64,000 nt of DNA, from contig JAKFBS010000002.1 in the NCBI GenBank assembly GCA_036677065.1, positions 96,001 through 160,000 on the forward strand, written 5' to 3'. The position numbers and the translations under genes are program-made. Source of the stretch: Bdellovibrio sp. Its GTDB lineage: Bacteria > Bdellovibrionota > Bdellovibrionia > Bdellovibrionales > Bdellovibrionaceae. The notes beneath the pieces are model-generated. The model was not told the origin of the DNA, did no database searches, and saw only the letters and a program-made list of their open reading frames with translations. This document shows, one piece after another, positions 1-8,932 of this stretch (position 1 is its first letter; every line of letters starts with the position of its first letter).

Positions 1-354
1 GTCGCATTTCACAAAGAGCATGGGCGCATGGCTACACTAACAGCAACGCAACCTCCAGGGCGTTTTGGAGCTCTTAGCATCGATGGCACGAAAATTAATT
101 CTTTTAAAGAAAAACCAGTAGGTGACGGCAATTGGATTAACGGTGGTTTTTTTGTTCTTGATTCTAAGGTTCTAGATTTAATTGATAACGATGAAACAGT
201 TTGGGAAAAGAAACCCTTAGAAAAATTAGCTGAGTCGGACAATTTGCAAGCCTTTTTTCATGATGGCTTTTGGCAACCTATGGATACATTGAGAGATAAA
301 ACACACCTTGAAGAACTTTGGTCTAAACAACAAGCACCTTGGAAAGTTTGGTAG
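1..354 (+). CDS. rfbF: Glucose-1-phosphate cytidylyltransferase, C-terminal part (5' end outside window)
   Basis: Frame open from base 1 (VAFHKEHGRMATLT...); PPGRFG, WINGGFF, FWQPMDTLRDK and APWKVW motifs; precedes rfbG. Confidence 0.93.
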   Translation, partial: VAFHKEHGRMATLTATQPPGRFGALSIDGTKINSFKEKPVGDGNWINGGFFVLDSKVLDLIDNDETVWEKKPLEKLAESDNLQAFFHDGFWQPMDTLRDKTHLEELWSKQQAPWKVW

Positions 355-361
355 TTCATCG

Positions 362-1411
362 ATGTCATTTTGGAAAGATAAAAAGGTATTTCTGACGGGA
401 CACACAGGCTTTAAAGGCAGCTGGATGAGTTTATGGTTATTAAAATCTGGCGCAAAACTTACAGGATATTCTTTAGGCCTTCCCACAACGCCAAGCCTTT
501 TTCAGGATTTAAAAATCGAAAAAGACATGAATTCAATTTTCGCGGACGTTAGAAATTTCGAGGCCGTTAAAAAAAGTATGGATGAAGCAAAGCCCGATAT
601 TGTCATTCATATGGCAGCACAGCCATTGGTTCGTTATTCGTATTCACATCCGATAGAGACATACGCGACTAATGTTATGGGCACTGTTCATGTCTTAGAG
701 GCGGCTAGATCAAGCAAAACTGTTCGTGCAGTACTCAATGTAACAAGTGATAAGTGCTACGAAAATCAAGAGCGCGAAGCTGGCTATAAGGAAAACGAAC
801 CCATGGGTGGTTATGACCCTTACAGCAATAGTAAAGGCTGTTCTGAGCTTGTAACATCAGCTTACCGTAGATCATTTTTTAACTCTGAAAAAATTGGACT
901 TGCGAGCGGGCGAGCTGGAAATGTTATTGGTGGTGGCGACTGGGCGTTAGATCGATTAGTGCCTGATATCGTCAGAGCTGTTCTTCAAAATGAAAAACTA
1001 ACTATTCGCAATCCAAAATCAACTCGACCGTGGCAGCATGTGTTGGAGCCGGTGAATGGTTACTTGTCGTTAACTGAAAAACTTTACACTGACGGTTTAA
1101 AATATGCCGAAGGTTTTAATTTTGGACCTGCTAAATCAGACCATTGTGATGTCGAAACTATCATTCGTATTATGAATAAACACTGGGACGGAAAAATTAA
1201 TTACGAAATTATTCAACCTAAAGAGCAGCCTCATGAAGCGCATTTATTAAGCCTTGACTGCACGAAAGCAGAAGAAGTGCTTAAGTGGAAACCACGCTGG
1301 AATTTAGACAGAGCGCTTCAGATGACAGTTGAGTGGAATAAAAAAAGATTAGATCAACAGACGATCAGCCAAATATGCCTAGAGCAAATTGATCAGTACG
1401 AAAAAGGTTAA
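362..1411 (+). CDS. rfbG: CDP-glucose 4,6-dehydratase
   Basis: FWKDKKVFLTGHTGFKGSW, HMAAQPLVR, TSDKCY, DPYSNSK, RAGNVIGGGDW, RPWQHVLEP; ATG at 362 chosen. Confidence 0.95.
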   Translation: MSFWKDKKVFLTGHTGFKGSWMSLWLLKSGAKLTGYSLGLPTTPSLFQDLKIEKDMNSIFADVRNFEAVKKSMDEAKPDIVIHMAAQPLVRYSYSHPIETYATNVMGTVHVLEAARSSKTVRAVLNVTSDKCYENQEREAGYKENEPMGGYDPYSNSKGCSELVTSAYRRSFFNSEKIGLASGRAGNVIGGGDWALDRLVPDIVRAVLQNEKLTIRNPKSTRPWQHVLEPVNGYLSLTEKLYTDGLKYAEGFNFGPAKSDHCDVETIIRIMNKHWDGKINYEIIQPKEQPHEAHLLSLDCTKAEEVLKWKPRWNLDRALQMTVEWNKKRLDQQTISQICLEQIDQYEKG

Positions 1412-2295
1412 TGATGAGAAAAATTAAAACCGCAATTATCGGCAGTGGAAATATTGGTACCGATTTGTTAATTAAAATATTAAGATCAAAAAGTTTGTCT
1501 TGCGGTGCTTTTATTGGTCGGAACTTATCGTCTCAAGGTATTCAAAAAGCTATGCAGTTAGGTGTGCTAACTTCTTCTGACGGTATAGATTTCATTTTGA
1601 AAAACCCAGATTGTTGTGAAATTGTGTTCGATGCAACATCGGCATCAAGTCATTTGGTTCATGCACCTATTCTAGAAAAGTTAGGAAAACGTGTAATTGA
1701 TTTAACTCCAGCAAAATTGGGCGGTATGTGCGTGCCAGCCGTTAATTTAGAGCAAAGCTTAAATTTAACAAATGTGAATATGGTTACATGCGGAGGGCAA
1801 GCTTCGCTTCCTTTAGTCAGAGCGATTGGCGAAACGCAGGTGGGAATCGACTACATTGAAGTGGTGTCATCGATTGCTTCGCGTAGTGCCGGACCAGCAA
1901 CTCGTTTAAATTTAGATGAATACATTCATACGACTGAGGAAGGGATTAAGTTTTTCTCAGGAGCCAAAAGAACAAAAGCAATTTTAAATCTTAATCCGGC
2001 TGTTCCATGCATCAACATGCAAACTACAGTTTTGGCGAAAGTTGAAAATCCAGATATTGAAAAACTTAAACCTGTTGTTAATCATTACATCGATAAAGTT
2101 AGAAAATACGTGCCAGGATATGAATTGATTGTAGGGCCCGTTTTAGAAAATGGCCGTATTTTTATGAGCATTCGAGTTAAAGGGCTTGGGGATTACCTTC
2201 CTGAGTACGCGGGTAATCTTGATATTATCAATTGTGCAGCTATAGCTATGGCTGAAGAGTATGCTCAAACTATGTTAAAAAAAGGTGATTTATGA
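1411..2295 (+). CDS. dmpF: Acetaldehyde dehydrogenase (acylating), DmpF/MhpF family
   Basis: AIIGSGNIGTDL, NMVTCGGQA (catalytic Cys), SAGPATR, GDYLPEYAGNLDII. Confidence 0.92.
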   Translation: MMRKIKTAIIGSGNIGTDLLIKILRSKSLSCGAFIGRNLSSQGIQKAMQLGVLTSSDGIDFILKNPDCCEIVFDATSASSHLVHAPILEKLGKRVIDLTPAKLGGMCVPAVNLEQSLNLTNVNMVTCGGQASLPLVRAIGETQVGIDYIEVVSSIASRSAGPATRLNLDEYIHTTEEGIKFFSGAKRTKAILNLNPAVPCINMQTTVLAKVENPDIEKLKPVVNHYIDKVRKYVPGYELIVGPVLENGRIFMSIRVKGLGDYLPEYAGNLDIINCAAIAMAEEYAQTMLKKGDL

Positions 2296-3308
2296 GACAA
2301 ATTTTAATTAGTGACCCCACACTTAGAGATGGAAACCATGCAGTTCGCCACGCACTGACTGGTGAACAAATTAAAAAGTATTGTCAAGCAGCTGATGCTG
2401 CTAGAATTCCAATCGTTGAAATTGGACATGGTAATGGAATTGGCGCATCTTCACTTCAATTAGGCGAAGCGGCTTGTCCGGATGAAGATTCTTTGCGAAT
2501 TGCTCGTGAAAACTTAAAACACTCAAAACTTGGAATTCATATGATTCCAGGATTTGCAACTATTGAAAAAGATCTCAAAAAAGCCATCGATTACGGAGTG
2601 GACGTGATTCGCGTTGCTGCTCACTGTACGGAAGCTGACGTAACACAAAGACATATTGAATACGCGCGCAAGCAAGATAAAACAGTTTACGGCGTATTGA
2701 TGATGTCACACATGGCTTCTAAAGAAACTTTATTAGAGGAAGCAAAAAAAATGGAATCCTATGGTGCACAGTTGCTTATATTCATGGACTCGGCTGGCTA
2801 TTACTTGCCGGGAGATGTGAAGGAGCGAGTGACTCACTTGGTTCAAGGTTTAACAATTCCTGTTGGATTTCATGCCCATAATAACTTAGGTATGGCCATT
2901 GCAAACTCTGTTACAGCTATTGAGTGTGGAGCCGAATTACTTGATGGCTGCGCGCGTGGTTTTGGCGCAGGAGCTGGAAATGCACAGATTGAAGTTCTGG
3001 TCGCTGTTTTGCATCGTATGGGTTACACGACGGGTATAGATTTTTATAAACTTTTAGACGCTGCTGATATTGCGGAAAAAGAATTAATGACTGCGCCGCC
3101 AACAATCACCTCAACAAGCGTGATTAGTGGTTTATCTGGAGTTTTCTCTGGTTTCATTAAACCAGTGGATCGTATCGCTAAACAATTGAATTTGGATCCA
3201 CGTGATATTTTTATGGAGCTAGGACGTCGTAAAATTATCGCAGGACAAGAAGACTACATCATGGATGTTGCTAAAGACTTGGCTGCTAAGTCAGGTGCGG
3301 GTTTATGA
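2292..3308 (+). CDS. dmpG: 4-hydroxy-2-oxovalerate aldolase family (DmpG/MhpE)
   Basis: DPTLRDGNH, HCTEAD, GFHAHNNLG, GAGAGN, C-terminal GQED communication domain; ATGA overlap with dmpF. Confidence 0.92.
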   Translation: MRQILISDPTLRDGNHAVRHALTGEQIKKYCQAADAARIPIVEIGHGNGIGASSLQLGEAACPDEDSLRIARENLKHSKLGIHMIPGFATIEKDLKKAIDYGVDVIRVAAHCTEADVTQRHIEYARKQDKTVYGVLMMSHMASKETLLEEAKKMESYGAQLLIFMDSAGYYLPGDVKERVTHLVQGLTIPVGFHAHNNLGMAIANSVTAIECGAELLDGCARGFGAGAGNAQIEVLVAVLHRMGYTTGIDFYKLLDAADIAEKELMTAPPTITSTSVISGLSGVFSGFIKPVDRIAKQLNLDPRDIFMELGRRKIIAGQEDYIMDVAKDLAAKSGAGL

Positions 3309-4378
3309 GTTTACAAAAATATCAATTTATTCAAGAAGATTTAAAAAACCTATTTTCACAAGTTCAAGTGCAAAACTTAGAGTCTTTAAAAAATTCTCAA
3401 GTGTGTATTACAGGTGGTTCCGGTTTTATCGGCACATGGTTGTGCGAGATTATTAATTACTTGAACGAAAATCATAAGTTTCAAACACGTGTTCATGTTA
3501 TTGATCGCGACATTGAAAAAATTAAAAAAAATGCGCCATACTTTTTAGACTCTCAACTATTCACCTTTCAAATGGCTGATGTGAAAAACATTTTAGAGCT
3601 TCCTAAAGATGTGGGCTTCATAGTGCATGCAGCTGGGCAACCAGACAGCCGCTATCATCTTTCTAATCCAGTAGATACTATGAATAGTATCGCTCAAGGT
3701 ACGGACGCACTTTTAAGATGCGCAGAACGACTAACACACTTAAAAATGTTTTTAACTCTGAGTTCATCTTTAGTTTATGGAAGTTTTTTTGACCGTGTTG
3801 AAAACACATCAGAAACTGATCAGTTACCGATTGATGAAGCCAGTATTTCAAATGTTTATGCAGCGGCGAAAAAATTCTCAGAAACTCAGACAATTGCGTA
3901 TAAAAATCAATTTCGAGTTCCTGTGACTATTCTTAGACCGTTTACTTTTATGGGGCCGTACCAATCACTTCAGGGTCCATGGGCCTTGAATAATTTTATT
4001 AACGACATGATTAATAAAAAATCGATCAAAGTATTGGGCGATGGCGAAACGATCAGAAGTTTTCTTTACGCTAGTGATGCTGCTTGGTGGATTTTATCAG
4101 CTCTGGTTAATGCAGAATCAGGTTCGATTTATAATCTAGGAAGTCAGCAAGCGACAAGTCTTAAAGAGTTAGCCTCGTTAGTGGGGGCTTATCGTATGGA
4201 TTCTGCGCATGAAGGCGTAAGCGAAATTATTTACTGTGCCGGTACAGGAACAAGTCTTAAAAAAAGTCGTATGGTTCCGAACGTAGAAAAAATGACGCAA
4301 AAATTCGCCGTAAAACAAACAGTTCCTCTGCAGCAAGCGGTTGAGAGAACTATTCAATGGCATTTGCTAAACTCATAA
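3305..4378 (+). CDS. NAD-dependent epimerase/dehydratase/reductase (extended SDR)
   Basis: TGGSGFIG Rossmann motif, YAAAK catalytic motif, GDGETIRSFLY. Confidence 0.85.
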   Translation: MSLQKYQFIQEDLKNLFSQVQVQNLESLKNSQVCITGGSGFIGTWLCEIINYLNENHKFQTRVHVIDRDIEKIKKNAPYFLDSQLFTFQMADVKNILELPKDVGFIVHAAGQPDSRYHLSNPVDTMNSIAQGTDALLRCAERLTHLKMFLTLSSSLVYGSFFDRVENTSETDQLPIDEASISNVYAAAKKFSETQTIAYKNQFRVPVTILRPFTFMGPYQSLQGPWALNNFINDMINKKSIKVLGDGETIRSFLYASDAAWWILSALVNAESGSIYNLGSQQATSLKELASLVGAYRMDSAHEGVSEIIYCAGTGTSLKKSRMVPNVEKMTQKFAVKQTVPLQQAVERTIQWHLLNS

Positions 4379-4379
4379 T

Positions 4380-5117
4380 ATGATTAAAACTTTAAAAGAA
4401 AAGCTGAATGCGGGTGAATCTGTTTATGGTGTGTGGAGTATTATAGCTGCACCAATGCTTAATGAAATCATTGCACTGTCTGGATTTGATTTTCAAATTT
4501 TAGATATGGAGCATGGCACTCATGACGTTTCTACATTAGAAAACTCAATCAGGGCTTGTGAATTATGGGGTTGCTCTCCGTTAGTGCGGCTTCCGCTGAT
4601 TGACTTGGGGTTGGCGCAAAAAGTTTTAGATTTAGGTGTAGCAGGGCTGATCATACCACAAGTTAAAAACTTTGCTCAGGCAGAAGCAGCCACTAGACTT
4701 TTACATTATGCTCCAGACGGTGACAGGGGCTTTAACCCATTCACTCGCGGCAATTTATTTAAAATTAAATCTAAAGAAAAATCAGGCTTAATTTGTGGTT
4801 TAATTATTGAAAATAAAACAGCTTTTGCTGATTTAGATCAGATTTTAACTTTAAAAAATTTAGATGTGATTTATTTAGGTGCGTATGATATGTCGGTCGC
4901 TTTAGGAAAGCCCGGTGATATGTCTAATCCTGAGCTTTTAAATTTTATCGATGTGAGCTTGAAAAAAATTAAAGCAGCAGGAAAAATTGCAGGTTTAATG
5001 GCTGATAGCCAAGCCTTAAAAATTTATGAAAAGCAGGGCGCACAATTCTTAGTTCGCGGTGTAGACTCAAATCTGATTGGTGAAAATTTAAAAAAGTTAA
5101 AGTCTGAATTGGTGTAG
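4380..5117 (+). CDS. HpcH/HpaI class II pyruvate aldolase family
   Basis: GFDFQILDMEHG, PLVR, VLDLG, IIEN, YLGAYDMS. Confidence 0.88.
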   Translation: MIKTLKEKLNAGESVYGVWSIIAAPMLNEIIALSGFDFQILDMEHGTHDVSTLENSIRACELWGCSPLVRLPLIDLGLAQKVLDLGVAGLIIPQVKNFAQAEAATRLLHYAPDGDRGFNPFTRGNLFKIKSKEKSGLICGLIIENKTAFADLDQILTLKNLDVIYLGAYDMSVALGKPGDMSNPELLNFIDVSLKKIKAAGKIAGLMADSQALKIYEKQGAQFLVRGVDSNLIGENLKKLKSELV

Positions 5118-5122
5118 GTGAA

Positions 5123-6925
5123 GTGATGCGTGTAGCAGACTATATTGCAGAGTATTTAGAAAAGTTAGGCGTAGAAAAAGTGTTCTTGCTTTCGGGCGGG
5201 GGCATGATGCATTTATTAGATGCTATCAGCCGACGTGAGAAGATTACCTATGTTTGTAATCATCATGAACAGTCTTGTGGAATGGCTGCAGATGCTTATG
5301 CGAGAGTATCTGGTAAGCTTGGAGTGTGTTATGCCACGAGTGGTCCGGGGGGGACTAATACGCTTACGGCTGTAGTTGGTGCTTACCAAGATTCATCGCC
5401 AGTTTTATTTATTACAGGACAAAGTAAAGTTAGCCAAACTATTCGCGGCCGCCATATGCCAGGTCTTCGGCAGTTCGGAACATTTGAAGTTGATGTCATT
5501 TCAACGGTAGAGTCAGTCACTAAATATGCCGCGTTTATAGACGATGCAGATCTGATTAAATATCATTTAGATAAAGCCGTGCATTTTGCTTTTGATGGTC
5601 GACCAGGAAGTGTTTTTTTAGATATTCCTTTAGACATTCAAGGGCGAACTATAGACCCTGCAAAACTTAAAGGATTTGTTCCTGAATCTTCGCCAAAGAT
5701 TGAAGATTCAGAGATATTCAAAAATGATCTAGCCGATTTAGTTGCTAAATTATCAACTGCAAAAAAACCACTTTTCCTAGCTGGTTACGGGGTGCGTGCG
5801 GCACACGTAACTGAAAAGTATAAAAAAATGATCGAGTTACTGCAAATTCCAACACTAACGACTTGTTTTGGAACCGACATCGTCGAATTTGAGCACCCAC
5901 TTTTTGTCGGTCACCCTGGTGTTAAGGGAGACCGTGCGGGAAATTTTGCAATTCAAAATACCGATTTGCTAATATCAGTGGGCGCAAGTTTACATGTTAC
6001 AACCACAGGGTACGAATTAGATCAATTTGCGCCGAAAGCTTTTAAAGTTTTGGTGGATCCTGATGAAAAAGTGCACGTTCGTGAAGAAGTGGGTGTGAAT
6101 AAAAAGTTTATCTGCAATGTTGAAATATTTATTGATGAAGTTTTGGACTATTTGCAAAAAAATAAAACTCAAACAAGTTGTGCGCAATGGAAAGAACATT
6201 GTCAGTTTTGGAAACGTGAACTTTTAGTTTATAAAGAACCACACGTCACCGAAGGGGATAAAATTAATTTTTATCAGTTTGCAGAAAAGCTAGATCAAGC
6301 TTGTAGCGAAAATGATATCATTGTGACGGATGCTGGATCAGCTTTTTATGTTGTTGGCCAAGCCTTCCGTACTAAAAAAAATCAACGCGTAATCAATTCT
6401 GGATCACTGGGTGCCATGGGCTTTGCGCTGCCAGCTGCTACTGGAGCAGCCTTTGCTGCGCCGGATAGAACAGTTGTCTGTGTTACTGGTGATGGTTCGT
6501 TACAAACGAACATCCATGAATTGGCGGTTTTTAAACGTTATAATTTAAATATCAAACTATTTGTGGTGAACAATGATGGGTATGTTTGTATCCGCAACAC
6601 TCAGAATAACTTTTTTCAGGGGCACTTAGCTGGAACTAGTTATGAGTCAGGTGTTTTTATTCCCGACACGCAAAAAATTGCTCAGGCTTATGAACTTACC
6701 TACATGTCGACAAAAAGTATTTCTGAGGTGGATCAATTGGTAAAGAAAGCTCTAGCTACTCCGGGGCCTGTGATCTGCGAAATATTTACGCCAAAATATC
6801 AAGATATTATTCCAACAGTTTCTTCAAAGCGACTCGACGACGGCAGTATGAAGTCTATGCCACTTGATAATATGTCGCCGTTTATGAATGATGAAGTTCG
6901 TAAGAAATACGAAGTTAAATTTTAG
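5123..6925 (+). CDS. ThDP-dependent acetolactate-synthase-like carboligase (YerE-like)
   Basis: HHEQ, TSGPGGTN, GRPG, ThDP-binding GDGS...NN motif, GAMGFALPAA; sits within a CDP-sugar cluster. Confidence 0.88.
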   Translation: MMRVADYIAEYLEKLGVEKVFLLSGGGMMHLLDAISRREKITYVCNHHEQSCGMAADAYARVSGKLGVCYATSGPGGTNTLTAVVGAYQDSSPVLFITGQSKVSQTIRGRHMPGLRQFGTFEVDVISTVESVTKYAAFIDDADLIKYHLDKAVHFAFDGRPGSVFLDIPLDIQGRTIDPAKLKGFVPESSPKIEDSEIFKNDLADLVAKLSTAKKPLFLAGYGVRAAHVTEKYKKMIELLQIPTLTTCFGTDIVEFEHPLFVGHPGVKGDRAGNFAIQNTDLLISVGASLHVTTTGYELDQFAPKAFKVLVDPDEKVHVREEVGVNKKFICNVEIFIDEVLDYLQKNKTQTSCAQWKEHCQFWKRELLVYKEPHVTEGDKINFYQFAEKLDQACSENDIIVTDAGSAFYVVGQAFRTKKNQRVINSGSLGAMGFALPAATGAAFAAPDRTVVCVTGDGSLQTNIHELAVFKRYNLNIKLFVVNNDGYVCIRNTQNNFFQGHLAGTSYESGVFIPDTQKIAQAYELTYMSTKSISEVDQLVKKALATPGPVICEIFTPKYQDIIPTVSSKRLDDGSMKSMPLDNMSPFMNDEVRKKYEVKF

Positions 6926-7895
6926 ATTTTTTAATGGCCTCTTCTAAAGAGGTCCACACTTCAAGGCCGAGTTCTTCATGTGCTTTTGTTATAGCGGGTA
7001 CATACCGAGAGGGTTTAGCACCTGGTTTCGGTTGTTGATGCAGTTTGATTTTCACATCAGGGTTAATAACTTTTTGTACCGTTTGTGCAAGCTCAGTGAT
7101 TGTTAAGTCTTTATCTGATCCTACATTGTAAATGCCAAAGTTTGTGCCCTTATTTAAAATAGTTAATAACCAAACTACTAAGTCGTCAGCGTAAAGATAA
7201 GAGCGGTACGGAGTTCCATCTCCTTTAATTTCGATAGTGGCATTGTTTTGCGCATCTTTGATAAAGTTAGCTATGGCAAATAATCCGTTTTGATTTAGAT
7301 GTGGGCCAGTAAAAGCAAAGCAGCGGGCTATTTTAAATTCAAAATTATGAATACGAGCAGCTATACAGCCTTGCAGTTCTGCGTAGCGCTTAGCTTCGCC
7401 GTAAGCAGCATCCGCTGCCGATGGTGTCGGGGCGCCCATATATGATTCAGGGATATGGGTTAGCTCGGAAGGCTGTGGCCCATATACAGCTCCAGAGCTT
7501 GCGAACAGAAACTGTTTACATCCGCAGATTTTTGCAAAATCGAGAATGCGAGCCATGCCATCAGTAATAACTTTGGTCATAAGATCAGGTTTTTCGATAT
7601 TTAGTTTAGCATCAGCGGGGGTCGCGAAGTGCAAGATCGCATCGAATTTTCCGCTGGGAAAAGTAAAATTGGTGATATCACCTTTGAGATAACTAATGTT
7701 TTTATGTCTATATTTTGGATTTGAGTCTGTGAATGATTCAGGCGAGCGAGATAATACTGTAAGATGGATATTGTATGTATCTGAAAATTTTATAAATAGA
7801 TCCAAAAAGGATTTTCCAAAGAAACCAGTTCCGCCAGTCAAAAAAACTGTTTTATTTTTTAAAAACTCAAAGCTAGATTCAATAATTTTATCCAT
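6915..7895 (-). CDS. NAD-dependent epimerase/reductase (extended SDR), paralogue of 3305-4378
   Basis: TGGTGFFG, SSGAVYG, YGEAK, GDGTPYRSYLY; start uncertain (7895 or 7907). Confidence 0.85.
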   Translation of the reverse strand: MDKIIESSFEFLKNKTVFLTGGTGFFGKSFLDLFIKFSDTYNIHLTVLSRSPESFTDSNPKYRHKNISYLKGDITNFTFPSGKFDAILHFATPADAKLNIEKPDLMTKVITDGMARILDFAKICGCKQFLFASSGAVYGPQPSELTHIPESYMGAPTPSAADAAYGEAKRYAELQGCIAARIHNFEFKIARCFAFTGPHLNQNGLFAIANFIKDAQNNATIEIKGDGTPYRSYLYADDLVVWLLTILNKGTNFGIYNVGSDKDLTITELAQTVQKVINPDVKIKLHQQPKPGAKPSRYVPAITKAHEELGLEVWTSLEEAIKKSKI

Positions 7896-7925
7896 AATGA
7901 TTCCCATTGATAGAGTGGTAGCTAC

Positions 7926-8861
7926 TTACTCAAAATTAATGCGTTCTTTTTCTACCACAAGAGGTCTATTCATAACTTTGGTATAGATATTCCCAATATA
8001 TTCACCGACTACGCCTAAGAAAATGAGTTGAATACTGGAAAAAAAGAATAGTCCAATAACTAAAGGCGCGATTCCTATATTAAACTCGTCCCATTTTAGC
8101 AATTTATAGGTGAAATAAAAAATAAAACATAAAAAGCTAACAATAGCTAAAGCAAAGCCAGTTAAAACTGTTAACCTAAGTGGTTTTTTTGAATGACTTG
8201 TAATGCCGAGAATACCCATATCGTATAAGGTATAGAAATTATTTTTAGTGATACCTCTTTTTCGTACAGGTTGACTGTACGGTATAGTTTCGTACTTGAT
8301 GCCTATTTCAGAAATTAACCCTCTAAAAAATGGATATGGGTCATTAAGATCTTTTAAGTAGTCTATGACTGACTTGTCGTACAGGCCAAATCCGGTAAAG
8401 TTTTGTATAATTTCAATTTCTGCTAAAAAATTTAAGGTTTTGTAATATAATTTTCGCATAAAGAAAAATAGACTGGGTTCGTCGGAGTTGCTTTTTACGC
8501 CAACTACAATTTTAGCCCCATTATGATATTTTTCGATAAATTGCGGAATCAGCTCTGGCGGGTCTTGAAAGTCGGCAACCAGGAGCATGACAGCTTGATT
8601 TTTGGCCTGCAGGAGGCCGTGATGTGGAGATCGAATGTGGCCAAAATTTCTCGCGTTAAGAATGACTTTCACATTAGGGTTTTTGGCAGCCAAATTTTTC
8701 AAAATTTCAGCGGTAGAGTCAGTTGAGGCATTATCGATAAAGATGTGCTCGTACTCGCTCACATTGCTACATTTTTCAACAATACCTTTTACTTTTTCAT
8801 GTAAGTCGACAATATTATCTTCTTCATTGTAGCATGGAGTAACGATGCTTAAGCTGAACAT
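7926..8861 (-). CDS. GT2 polyprenol-phosphate glycosyltransferase (GtrB-like)
   Basis: SIVTPCYNEE, DNASTD, RNFG, ADFQDPPE, two C-terminal TM helices, GEYIGNIY..RP. Confidence 0.88.
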   Translation of the reverse strand: MFSLSIVTPCYNEEDNIVDLHEKVKGIVEKCSNVSEYEHIFIDNASTDSTAEILKNLAAKNPNVKVILNARNFGHIRSPHHGLLQAKNQAVMLLVADFQDPPELIPQFIEKYHNGAKIVVGVKSNSDEPSLFFFMRKLYYKTLNFLAEIEIIQNFTGFGLYDKSVIDYLKDLNDPYPFFRGLISEIGIKYETIPYSQPVRKRGITKNNFYTLYDMGILGITSHSKKPLRLTVLTGFALAIVSFLCFIFYFTYKLLKWDEFNIGIAPLVIGLFFFSSIQLIFLGVVGEYIGNIYTKVMNRPLVVEKERINFE

Positions 8862-8932
8862 TAATTACCTCGAAAATATTTTACAGTTAGTAAATATACT
8901 TACATGCGCTCATCAGGGGAGACAAGAGGATT

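Noticed and set aside
1411..3308. Aromatic meta-cleavage catabolic operon
   Set aside because: No dioxygenase, hydrolase or hydratase genes; the pair is translationally coupled to sugar-nucleotide genes
5123..6925. Housekeeping ilvB
   Set aside because: No ilvN/ilvC adjacent; context is CDP-sugar biosynthesis
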